Shown piece after piece: positions 45,401 through 55,903 of a DNA stretch of 64,000 nucleotides. Below the pieces are notes generated by a model. It searched no databases, had not been told where the DNA came from, and saw only the letters and a list, made by a program, of their open reading frames with translations. The stretch lies in IMG/VR virus record IMGVR_UViG_3300023371_000069; one strand, given 5' to 3'. The position numbers were made by a program, and so were the translations under genes. Position 1 is the stretch's first letter. Every line of letters begins with the position of its first letter. This stretch comes from a virus. Its lineage: Duplodnaviria > Heunggongvirae > Uroviricota > Caudoviricetes.

Positions 45401-48400
45401 CTAACGATTCTTTTGCACTATCATATCTATTGATAGTAGCTAACAATTCTTCATAAGCACTTTTTGCATTTTGTGCCGCTTGTGCAGTTTTTTCAGTGGC
45501 TTCTTGTGCACTCTTCAGCTATCCTTCTGGAGAATTTGCTGCTATCGCAGAACCTAAAGCAATAAAAATTGCAATCAATGCTGTTACTGCTAAAATAATC
45601 CAACCAATTGAACCTAACGCAGCGGTCATACCCGCACTCGCAGTTGCACCTGCTGTTGCTGCAGTAGTACCAAACATTGTCATTAAAGTTGATGCAACTG
45701 GTAAAATACCGATTACAACACTGATTACTGCACTAATTTTATCCCAAGCTGTTGCATCAGGATTATTAAAAACATCAATAGCTCCCTATACTGAACTGAT
45801 TGCAGAGCCTAGTCCCATAATTAAATCAGTAGTATTAGTAATCTAATCGGCCCAATCTGTTAAACCGCTCTTATTAAAAGATTCATTTAAACCTTCTTCA
45901 CTACCGCCAACATTTAAATTAGCGTTTTCGCTATCCATTTGTTTCTAAGCAGCTTGCTTAGAACGAAGATAATCTTCTCCTCCACGAGTTTTTGCATCTG
46001 CGCTTGTTTCTCCACCATAAGGCGTTCCTGCTGCATCCACTGTCAACATTTGAGCCTAATCTTCAAGAACTGAAGTAATACCGCCTTCCTCTTCACTAGA
46101 TAGCTATCCTAAAATTTCTTCAAGACGTTCAGCACTAGCAGTAGTACTATTTAATTCTTGTGTCATATTTTCTAAATCTGCAATTCTACCATCTAATACA
46201 CTATCAGATTTACCCAAAGCAGCTAATGCAGCCTATAATTCTTTAGCTTCAGCAGCTGTCGCAGCAAGCTTTTGTTTTAATGTATCCTATACTTTACCTA
46301 ATCCAGTATCGGCAGTTTTATAAACTTCATTACCATTATCGTCTTTAGTTTTTACTGAAAGTTTAGAAGCAGTTTCTCTTAAATCTTTGGCACGGACTTC
46401 CGTCATAGCACCTTTATCCACTGCTTTTCCAATATTTTCAATTTTTTCGCTAGCCTATCTTTCAGCATCTCTCATTGCTTCATCTAGCTCAGACTTCATA
46501 GCTTCACCATATGCCTAAGCAGCTTCTTCTCCAGCAGCTTTAACTTTATCAAAAATAGCTTTCGCCATTTCATCTCTACTGTCGGCCGCCTCTCTTAATC
46601 CAGCTAAAAATTCTCCTCGAACAGCATCAGCTGTTACTGTTTCACCAGAATCTACTACCCTCTACCGAGCCTAAGCATATTGCTAATTAATATAATCTCC
46701 CTACTCACCAAATCGATGATGTTTTGTCTTTCTGTGATTTGCTCCATAATCTATTACATCGTCAAAGGCTTGAGATATTGCGTCATTTCGTTTTTGATTT
46801 TCTTCACCCTAATGTTTCTTCTAAAAATCTTCCTTGGCCTTATCTCTAGCCTCAATTTTCTCATAGGCTTTTGCTAAATCTCGAGCGTCTTCAACTTCTT
46901 CCCTTGCTGCATCCGCTGCTTTACCAGCAGCAATTGCTCTCTTATCCATTGCTCGTACTAAATCCATTTGAACTTGAAGCTATTTAAGCTCTTCTTCAGT
47001 TACGCGACCAGCAGCTGCACGTAGCTATTCTTGCATACGAATTTCTCTATCAAGAGAAGCATTTTCTGCATCGCCTTCACGACCACGCATATTAGATTTT
47101 AAGTTACGAATACCCTCAAGAGCATCTTCTTTAGTCTTTTCATGTTCTTTTTTACCCGCTGGAGTAAATTGCTTAATACTATAAGCAGCATTTCTTAAAC
47201 CCTAAGCAATTTCTTTATGGAAAACTTTTGTGGCAATAGCTCCAATAGTTGCTAGAACGCCACCTAAACCTCCAAAAGCATCAACTAAACTACCTACTCC
47301 ATCAATAACATGGCTTAAACCATCTAAAAAACCAATGAAAAAATCGTCATCTAAAATTTTAGTATATAAATTTTCTGCTGCTGCTGTTACTCTGTCTCGA
47401 GCAGCCTCCCAGCTTTCAGCATAAATCTCAGCTTGTTTATTAAGTTCTCCATCCGCTGCGCCAGCAGTTGCAAGATTTTCTTCCATAAAATCCCAATTAT
47501 CCATCAAAGTAACCATTTGGTTATATTGACGAACACCAGCAACAGTTTGAGCCAATGCCAACTATTGGTCTTTATTTAAAGTTACCCATTTTGCGGCCAT
47601 TTCTTCAAGAATACTATCCATATTCTTCAATTCGCCAGTTTGGTCAAAAATACTAATACCGACTTTTTGCAAAGCTTCAGAGTATTTATTTAAAGTAGTA
47701 CCATCTTCAAGGGTGTCTCCTTGCTTTAAACCTTGAATACGTGCAAAGATTGTTTTTAATGCTGTACCAACAACTTCTTCACTTTCACGAGATGTTGCAG
47801 TAATTGTTGCCAAAGCAGATGCAGCATATTCATAACTCAAACCAATAGTATCTGCAATACCGGCAAATTTCTCTAATCCACCAGCAATTTCATCAGTGCT
47901 AGACGCAGTTGCAGCACCTAATTTTGTTAATACATCGGCATAATGTTCATAAGCAACATCGCCTTCTTTGTTAAAATTATTCCAAATAGCAGTTAATTGA
48001 TTAGAAACAACATCTGCGCTTTGTCCAGTTACATTTGCCATTTTTGCAGTAACAGCAGCTTTTTGCATAGCTTCAGATTGAGTATCACCCTATTGGAAAT
48101 AGATTAAAGAAGCTTTAGCATATTCATTAGTTGTTGTACTTAATGCCCGCGCTGCCTTATTTGCCTTAGCTGCAAATGCATCCATTTCAGCAACACTAGC
48201 ACCAGTAACAATGCGAATATCATTTAAAGATTTATTTAAATCTTGAGCATATCCATAAGCAGACTATACGGTTCCCATAAAACCATGTAAAATACTAGAA
48301 GATAACTGCCATCTTGCAGTATTTGCTAATGTAGTACCAAGCTCTCTAACCCTTTGACTGCATCTAATTAAAGGAGCTTCTGCCTATAAAACAGACTAAG

Positions 48401-48737
48401 CTAAATTCGTAAATGCTTGACGACCGGCCGGACCAAGAGCATTTAATTGATTAGCATATTGCTGAAGAGAAACTCCGCCTTTTTTTAAGGAATCAGAAAA
48501 TTGACCTAAATCTAATTTTCCTGTTTTTAAATTTGTAGCCGCTTCTAGTTTAGCCTATAACTCTCCTGCTGCGGTCATAGCTCTTTGAATTTCAGGTGTA
48601 ATTTGTGAAATTCCACTATTTTTCAATGCAGAACCAGTAGCCAATCCATTAAGCTCTTTTTGCAAATTTTTAATTGCGGCAATAGCCTCATTCGTATTCG
48701 CAGTAAAAGCTAAACTAACATTAAGATTTTTTGCCAT
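39462..48737 (-). CDS. Tape measure protein (3091 aa with TAG=Gln)
   Basis: All nine ORF-track fragments share one frame, with about 50 TAGs and no TAA/TGA in the gaps. TMP motifs LNDIRIVTG, ASLIYFQ(Q)G, DQ(Q)LALAQTVAGVRQY, a hydrophobic stretch near 45540-45700, and the C-terminal GFATGGYTG...LAMLHQKELVLN. Confidence 0.92.
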
Positions 48738-48780
48738 ACAAATTTTTATCTCCTTTCTCTCCTAATTTTTTATTTTGCAA

Positions 48781-48823
48781 AATAAAAAATCGGGGATGAG
48801 AATAATCAAATTCTCATCCCCGA
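48781..48823 (-). terminator. Intrinsic terminator
   Basis: 14-bp perfect stem tcggggatgagaat/attctcatccccga with a minus-strand T tract. Confidence 0.85.
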
Positions 48824-48869
48824 CTATTCCTATTAAAATTTAAAAATCTAAATAATAAGAATAATTTAA

Positions 48870-49409
48870 TTAGCCCAATTTAGTTAGGACTTCACGCAAT
48901 AAAGCCATATTCTCTGGGTCCCCAATCTTCTTTTGGATTTCAGTAGCATCAAAATTTAAATTATCATAATCAGCTTTTAATGTATCTAAAATTCCCATTA
49001 CAGAATTATTATATTGATAAATATTATTAATAGTAGACCAAACATTTTCTTGAATTTCTTGCCAATCTTTTTCACGAATAACATCAACAATATCTGTAAA
49101 AATACCAGTGCTTACTAAAATATCATATAATTTAAATGGGTCTTCTTTCATTTTTTCAGTGAAACTTAAATTAGTATAAGCATAAGTAATTTCTAATACC
49201 ATATTAAATTTTACTCTCATTGGATTGTAAAATCCATTATCATCAATAGACTTATTAATAATGTTTGATACTAATTCAAGCTTTTCCTTAAAAGGTAAAT
49301 AATGTTTTACTTCATAATAAACTTCTTCTCCTGCTAAATTATAATAAAAGACACTTGTTGCCCCTCCGTCTACTTTAGCTTGAAGTTTTGAAAATGGTAC
49401 TTTAGCCAT
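48870..49409 (-). CDS. Hypothetical protein upstream of the tape measure gene, possible tail assembly chaperone (179 aa, TAG-free)
   Basis: Strong SD AAGGAGGAG and TAA stop. Function inferred from position only. Confidence 0.65.
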   Translation of the reverse strand: MAKVPFSKLQAKVDGGATSVFYYNLAGEEVYYEVKHYLPFKEKLELVSNIINKSIDDNGFYNPMRVKFNMVLEITYAYTNLSFTEKMKEDPFKLYDILVSTGIFTDIVDVIREKDWQEIQENVWSTINNIYQYNNSVMGILDTLKADYDNLNFDATEIQKKIGDPENMALLREVLTKLG

Positions 49410-49444
49410 AGCTAAACTCCTCCTTTATCTCATTTTACAATTAT

Positions 49445-49473
49445 ATTATACCAGAAAATTTCTGATTTGTCAA
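49445..49473 (-). promoter_or_regulatory. Perfect sigma-A/70 consensus promoter
   Basis: TTGACA (49473-49468), 17-nt spacer, TATAAT (49450-49445), 35 nt upstream of the ATG at 49409. Confidence 0.85.
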
Positions 49474-49476
49474 ATT

Positions 49477-50646
49477 TTATACATTAAACTTTATATTGAT
49501 TGGAGCTAAATTTAAGTTTTTACGCACAGTATTATAAGCTTCAGTCTCCATAAAAGATTCGCTTTTAGCAACATCATTGCTACTAGTAGTTTTTAAAGAC
49601 TTATACATTATATTAGCTAAAGACTTAGGTTTTAATCTTGGATTTTCATGCATTCTTTCCATTCTTTTAATAAGTCTATTAATTAAACTCTCAAGTCTTG
49701 TTAATGCTAATTCAAAGTTTTTACCTGAATCTGCTAATGTTGATTTAATCTAAATATTATAAATTACGGCTCCAGACTCATCAATAACAACAACGTCTCC
49801 TCCTGTCAACCAACTAGCTGAGTTTAATGATGCTAATAACCAAGGCTATACTACTTGTGGAGAACTAAAAATCCCTGAAAATCCACCGTGGTCATCTATT
49901 TTTAAATTTACAAGCTAATTACTATTAACAGCACTAGCAGACATTAAACCAAATAATTGTTTATTGTATTGAGCCACATGATTCATAAAAGCATCTAACT
50001 ATTTACCTTCGGCATTGCCCTAAGAAGCAAAAATAATTTCTCCATAACTACGTCCAGTAAAAGATTCATGTCTAGACTAATACAAAGGAGATTTTGAAGA
50101 AATTGTTTTATGTAATAATTGAGCATCTGTATTATTCATTTTATAGCCAGAAAGTTGATTACACATATCACTATAATGTCGTCTAAAAAAATTCTAAATC
50201 TCTTGAGCGGCCGCATATGCAGCTAAATCTTTATCCAAAGAACCAACTGCCGTATTTAATTGAGTTTTAGTAACATTAATACCACCCTCAGTCATTACAC
50301 TTGCTTCTTCTATATTCTAGGACCAAGTCAATTCTTTTTCTCCAAATTTAGTAATAGCAATTAAGGTAACAGCATTATTACCAAAATATTTTTTTTGAAT
50401 CTATTCCCATCTTTCATATATCTTTTTTGCACTATAAGATGACTGACGTCTCATAGCATTTTTCCATACTCCTGGATGAGACTGACTCTCTCTTAATTCC
50501 ATAGTATACATTTGAGATATTTCATCTTTTAATATTACTAAATCGTGATAAAATTCTTGATTTTTTTCATTATACCATTCTTCAAATATTTGAATAAAAG
50601 TATCTTTATCCAATAAATGTCCACCAAAAATAATACCTTCAGCCAT
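49477..50646 (-). CDS. Hypothetical protein (389 aa with TAG=Gln)
   Basis: ATG at 50646 with the SD AAGGAGG. Nine TAGs (50401, 50317, 50194, 50077, 50020, 49999, 49915, 49846, 49750), in frame with ORF 49477..49662, TAA stop. Confidence 0.8.
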
Positions 50647-50673
50647 TCTATTCCTCCTTTTACTACAAATGAC

Positions 50674-50710
50674 AAAAAGGGGAGAGATTAATTTCTTAAT
50701 CTCTCCCCTT
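50674..50710 (-). terminator. Intrinsic terminator after the tail tube gene
   Basis: 15-bp perfect stem aaggggagagattaa/ttaatctctcccctt with a GAAA loop on the minus strand and a T tract. Confidence 0.9.
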
Positions 50711-50729
50711 AAATTTATTTAATTGTCAA

Positions 50730-51734
50730 TTATTCCTCAGTTGCAAAACCTGCAAAGGGACGAGTACCAGCTACCATGCCATTGAAGTCAATAGTATCAG
50801 TAGAATGAGTGCTTACACGGTCGATAGCGCTATCGGTATCAGCAGATTCAATAATCTGAATAGCTGCCAGAACCTTCTTAGTGCGGTCGAAACGAGTATA
50901 ATCTGGGAATGCATCCATAGTGAAAGTGAAAGTGGATGGGTCGCCAGAAGATGCCATAGTGAAAGTAAAGTTAGACTGAATCTTGCAGTTAGGAATTACG
51001 AACTCTGCAGGCATATCAACACCCTCAGTATTACGGAACAGAGTAGAAGCCTCTAGGTAATAGTTACCACCGAACTTGTCGGGAGTGATATCAATCTGCT
51101 GTGCCATAGACTTACGAGCAACATAGTAGTCAACCAATACAACACAACCAGCATAGAAAGGACTCAAATCGTTAGCACGAGCCTGCTGATTAACCTCACT
51201 ACGAGCTTCATCAGTCCAAGTTTCAGTTAACTTAATTACATTGCCTTCAACAGAACTAGGAATGAAAGGCTCAGTAACGATTTCACCATTCTGCATTAAC
51301 ATAACATAAATGAAATCTTCACCATAGCCACTCTTACCCAACTCAGGTACATAAGGAGCTTCCTGTAGAGTAATAGTTACTTCACCATCGCCAACAACAA
51401 CAGCATCAGTCTGCTCAGTAGTATGAACCATAATGGGCTTAGCATCACTAGCCTCAATCAAACCTGCGCCAGATAGAATCATGAAGCCAGCGGGAGAGAT
51501 TAGAGCATCTTCCATAGTGAAAGTAATGGTACGCTCACCTTCCCAAGCCATCAAACGAGAGTTACCACGGCCGCCCTGTGCATAAACGGTAGTAGCAGCA
51601 CCCTCCATGCTAGAAGTCTTCAGAGTATCAAAATAGATAACAGGTTCGTTCTTATAGAAAATCTTGTTACCAACCTTCTGGTTAGCCTTTGCCTTTAAGA
51701 CAACATCACAAATTTCGCGAACGCCAAATTTCAT
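50730..51734 (-). CDS. Major tail (tube) protein (334 aa, TAG-free)
   Basis: The true start is the ATG at 51734 (MKFGVREICDV) after the SD AAGGAGG. Tube-type motifs VYAQGGRGN.RL..WEGER and FTFTMASSGDPSTFTFTMDA. Position fits. Confidence 0.8.
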   Translation of the reverse strand: MKFGVREICDVVLKAKANQKVGNKIFYKNEPVIYFDTLKTSSMEGAATTVYAQGGRGNSRLMAWEGERTITFTMEDALISPAGFMILSGAGLIEASDAKPIMVHTTEQTDAVVVGDGEVTITLQEAPYVPELGKSGYGEDFIYVMLMQNGEIVTEPFIPSSVEGNVIKLTETWTDEARSEVNQQARANDLSPFYAGCVVLVDYYVARKSMAQQIDITPDKFGGNYYLEASTLFRNTEGVDMPAEFVIPNCKIQSNFTFTMASSGDPSTFTFTMDAFPDYTRFDRTKKVLAAIQIIESADTDSAIDRVSTHSTDTIDFNGMVAGTRPFAGFATEE

Positions 51735-51760
51735 GGTTTGTATCCTCCTTAAAATTTTAG

Positions 51761-52483
51761 TTAGTGAATATTTTTCATCCAATTGTCAGGTTGATTGTCG
51801 GGTTTGCCTCCAGCCAAACGACAACGGACGTCCATATCCCAATTAATATATAGCATATATCTTTCAACTAAGTCATATAATTGGAACATGGTTAAATCCA
51901 TTAGCTCCTACATAGGAATATGTAATCCCACTGTAAGTATTGAAAGATACTGGCTAAATATACTGATATTACTTTGACCCTTTTCAGCAGCAACCTTAGC
52001 TCGTCCTCGCATAAGTTTTTCTGCTATCTCTCGAGCTTTAGCATTTGCTGGATTAAAACTCTACTAATCCATAGGGCCAGTTTTCAGACAACAGATATTT
52101 GTCAACGCTGCTTGTAATGACTCAAAATTCTTTTCATCAATTTGAATTGTCATTCCATCTCCACTAAGTAGCACAGAGCGTGGAGTCATCATTACTTTAT
52201 ATTTTGGAAATATTAAAGTAAAGACTTGCTGCACCGCAAACTTTTTATCTGCCGCTTCTTTTTCTGACATTATCGTCATAAATATTTGAAAATTATTTGT
52301 ATCTCTTAAAAGAGATTCGTCCTTGATAAACATGGATTTATTTAAGCACAAACACTAAATACCTGTAAAAAAATCTGCTTCCCCTATAAATGCAATCTCT
52401 TTGATGCGAGGTTGATGAATAACTAACTAACATTCAGGAACGGGATAATCCGTTCCGCACATTAAAGATAATCGAGTATCCAT
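51761..52483 (-). CDS. Conserved-type tail-region protein, chaperone-like (240 aa with TAG=Gln)
   Basis: The ATG overlaps the upstream TGA. TAGs at 52427, 52355, 52064, 52061 and 51908, TAA at 51761. C-terminus LTMFQLYDLVERY...RLAGGKPD...WMKNIH. Confidence 0.75.
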
Positions 52484-53067
52484 CAATTATTAAACATTGC
52501 ATCAAAGTTTTTGATGAAGTCTTCTTCATCATTAGGATTAGGCATTTTCTTTTTATCCTCTTCTCCATGGATAGCTTGATACATTAAACACAATCCACCA
52601 AATTCATCCGTAAGAATCATTTGATTTGCGCCTAAAAATTCCAACTCACCAATTCCAGTTAAATGTTTTCCATTGAACATAGAATCAATCTCTGCCGCAA
52701 TCTTATAAGGACGCAACTCAAAGTCTTTCATTTTCCATTGGTCAAAATGACAAATAATGTCAAACTCAATAATATTATCTCTAAACTCGGGATTCTTACG
52801 ATTACCAGTAAAATTATCAAAACTAACAATAATATAATTCAATACTGAACCATCAACAGTTAGCTTAGGTACAATCTTAATCTATTCACCAAATAAACCA
52901 AGAGTTTCATCCTCGGTTAAATTAGGCTTATTCATACAATCACGAGTTGTGTAGTATAACATTTTTTTCAGACGCTCATTTTTCATAATCATCTGAACAA
53001 TCAAATTCATATCTTTTTCAGTAGACAAAAAACTTGATTTAGGATAAGAATAAACTTCTCTTTTCAT
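52483..53067 (-). CDS. Putative tail terminator/completion protein (194 aa with TAG=Gln)
   Basis: Joins 52882..53067 and 52483..52842 through the TAG at 52882. Motifs FDIICH.DQW and RPYKIAAEIDSMFN. Position fits. Confidence 0.65.
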
Positions 53068-53094
53068 ATCTATATCTCCTTTATCACTTAATTA

Positions 53095-54312
53095 TTAAAA
53101 TAAAGACTCAACAACAATTGTTTTACTATAATCTCCATATAGTAATTCAAATTGTCCACTATAAGAACTAACCCATCGAACAGATACTCGTCTTGGGTCA
53201 GTTGGGTCAGGAATTAATTCAACAGGATATTTCTTGTCGACATACCATTCATCAGCTTTTGTACCATTAAATTCATAATCATACAATTTCTTAACCTTAA
53301 TAAATGTTTCTCCAATAATATCCATTTCATCAACAGTTCCTTCATTTGGGTCTTTAATTGGTTCAATTAAACCACCAACGATACCAGCATCTACATCATC
53401 CTCAGTTTCATTAGCATAATACTCTACTGCGATAACTTCCAAGATTCCAGGAGTCGAAATCCAATCAGAAGCTTCAACACGCCAACAAGTATCATCGCCT
53501 TGAAGATAAAACTTACTATATCGTTTAAAATAATTCATTGTGTATTCATTTTTTGGCATTAAAATACTCAATGAGTGATTAGGAGTGTCAACACTAATTC
53601 CATGTTTTTGAATGAAGTTAATTTTAGTTTCCACTGGACCGCGCACGGCCGCATATGTGGTATGAATACCATCTTCATCCTCCCAAGCAATCTAATAAGA
53701 GCACTTGCGAATATCACCACGGAAATAAGCTAATTCAGTTAAATCTTGTAAATAAACTAACCAGTGAGTTTTTGTACCTAACCACTCAAACACATCGCCG
53801 CATTTGAAATTATATTCAAAACCCACAGAAATGATTTTATCATCATAGTCTTGTTTTAGTTTATTTGGATTAATAAGTGCGCGAACTGGCTTGCGGTTCT
53901 CCGCATCCACTCGCACGACCTCAGCAGCCTGATAAGAATTCCAAACTGCATGGTCTAAAGAACGACGCTTGTCTTTAATCATACGTTCTTGCTGTCTGTT
54001 ACCGCCCGCCTGACGAAAACGAGTAGCTTGTTCCCAAATACCAGTAATTTTGGGGTCTAGTTGCGTCAATACGATACCAGCCTCATCAATTTTATCTTGT
54101 GACAACAAATTCTCAATCTTTTGGATTGTTACAGTATCTAAATCAATGTTCATATTTTTAATTACTTTCATCAATTCTTCTACACGATTTTGCTATTCAA
54201 GTTGTTCGGCAGTAGAACCAGCTGGGTCAAACGGTCTTTTATCGTAAACTCCTAATCGACCTTTCATTAATCTAAAAGGGACACGGCTACTTAAATCATA
54301 ACCTGATGCCAT
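53095..54312 (-). CDS. Putative head-closure/head-tail joining protein (405 aa with TAG=Gln)
   Basis: ATG at 54312, TAGs at 54193 and 53692, TAA at 53095. Function inferred from position. Confidence 0.65.
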
Positions 54313-54604
54313 GGCTTAACTCCTACAAAAGACTAATGCTTTCAAACACAGTCTTGCGGTATAGTTCAAAATTCGTCTCTTGAGCTTTCAGTCCCTCTAA
54401 TTTACATAGCAGCTGTAAAAATTGCGGGTTCATGAATACTTCATTCATGCCCGCAATTTCTAAAATAACTGTATCTAATTGTTTAGGCCAATCTTCTTCA
54501 TGCTCGCGCATTGGAATTAATTTCCAAAGTTGGTTGGTTAAACGACGAACATTTACATCAATGCTTCTATCATCAAAATCAAATCCATATTTAGTCAAGA
54601 GCAC
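54296..54604 (-). CDS. Small hypothetical protein (102 aa if TAG is read through, 93 aa if not)
   Basis: GTG start overlapping the upstream stop. TAG at 54323 is followed by TGA at 54296. Confidence 0.65.
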
Positions 54605-55169
54605 TAACCTCCATTAAGCTAGACCAGTTGCTCTTATAACCGCCTTCCGCAGGTTTTCTGCGTTTATATAAGCGTTGCATATGGAACGAATCTCTGCGAG
54701 CCTCAGTCAATAAAGACAATAGCTTAGATAAGTGGTTCGCTTGAGAAGTCATTTTAAAATCAGAGCCACTATATTTCATTCGAGTATTTTCGATAGAAGC
54801 AACCTGGCGCTGAACCCAACCTTGCTTCATTAAAAGCGCCAGGATGTTGATTTCTTCTTGAGTAAGCTCAACATTAAATCGAGACTTATCAACTAAAACA
54901 TTTGGAGTCTACAATGTGTCACTTGGTAACTCTCCCCAAACAGTTCCCAATACAAAATCATCGGGAGTTAATTCATCCGCTCCCATAGTTCTAACTTCAA
55001 TCGTATAATTGTATAAATCTTGACGAGGAAATTCAAAACCAGGAATTGCATTAATTAAAAGATTTTGCAAATCTTTTAAAGTATCTTCGGGAGTTAATTC
55101 CAAGTATAAATCATCGGTAACTTGTCCAAGAAAGCGATTATAAACAGCCGAAAATTGTGTCTCAGCCAT
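54591..55169 (-). CDS. Putative head-tail adaptor (192 aa with TAG=Gln)
   Basis: Joins 54909..55169 and 54591..54830 through the TAG at 54909. Contains FNVELTQEEINILALLMKQGW. Located after the capsid genes. Confidence 0.65.
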
Positions 55170-55188
55170 ATAATTGCCTCCTTATTTA

Positions 55189-55809
55189 TTATTCAGCAGA
55201 TTCAGCAGGAGCCTCAACTGCAGGTTTAGTAACAATATTATATTTAGGTGCGGCCGCAGGAGCAGTTACAGTAGGTGCTGTACGACGTCCGGCAGGAGCT
55301 GCAGCAGGCTGTACTCTACGCTCGCCACCATTATTAGTTTTCAAGATTGTCTTCTGGTCATCTTCTTTATCTTCCTCATTGTGCTTCAATGCGGCTTCCA
55401 CATCAAAACCAGTCTTTTCCTTCAAAGCCTTACGCTTTGGGATATCAACCATAGGAATAGAAATACTCAACTTCTTAATTAAATCAATAACTCCAATGGG
55501 AGCAAAGTCAAGTGCATCCAAGAAAGCATCCAAGGAACCACTAGTAATCAACTTGGCAACATCAGCTTCACTCATATGATATTCAGGTTCAGTCTTAATA
55601 CGAGCAGCTTGAATTCCTTCAAGGTCCAAAATCTGCAAGAATTGACTTAACATAGTAACTCCACCAGGCTGGAAAGTTAATTCTTCTAACTCTTCAGAAC
55701 TAATTGGAATAATCTGACCAGGCTTGAATTCTCTACGAATTCCCTTGTCTGGAATCTTATAAACAACGGTGCTTGCACCACGGTTTTTTACTCTATACAT
55801 TGTACTCAT
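55189..55809 (-). CDS. Hypothetical head-region protein (206 aa, TAG-free)
   Basis: The true start is MSTMYRVKN at 55809 after the SD AAGGAG, because the ORF-track start lies inside a terminator hairpin. Ala/Pro-rich tail. Confidence 0.75.
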   Translation of the reverse strand: MSTMYRVKNRGASTVVYKIPDKGIRREFKPGQIIPISSEELEELTFQPGGVTMLSQFLQILDLEGIQAARIKTEPEYHMSEADVAKLITSGSLDAFLDALDFAPIGVIDLIKKLSISIPMVDIPKRKALKEKTGFDVEAALKHNEEDKEDDQKTILKTNNGGERRVQPAAAPAGRRTAPTVTAPAAAPKYNIVTKPAVEAPAESAE

Positions 55810-55842
55810 TTTTATATCTCCTTTTTCTCTGTTTTTAAAATG

Positions 55843-55880
55843 AAAAAAAGGGGGAAGAGGGGATATCCCCACTTCCCCCT
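55843..55880 (-). terminator. Intrinsic terminator after the major capsid gene
   Basis: GC-rich stem agggggaag-a-gggg/cccc-a-cttccccct followed by a minus-strand 7-T tract. Confidence 0.85.
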
Positions 55881-55903
55881 CTTAGTTATATATTAATATT
55901 TAA

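Noticed and set aside
48870-50646. Lambda G/GT-type programmed frameshift between tube and tape measure genes
   Set aside because: Both intervening genes close cleanly with TAA and are separated by a promoter and a terminator. No slippery site joining frames was evident.
50724-50729. TTGACA immediately after the tail tube stop
   Set aside because: No -10 element at 16-18 nt. The position falls in the terminator stem.
50730-54312. Contractile tail sheath gene
   Set aside because: No gene of suitable size or motif lies between the head-joining genes and the tape measure gene.
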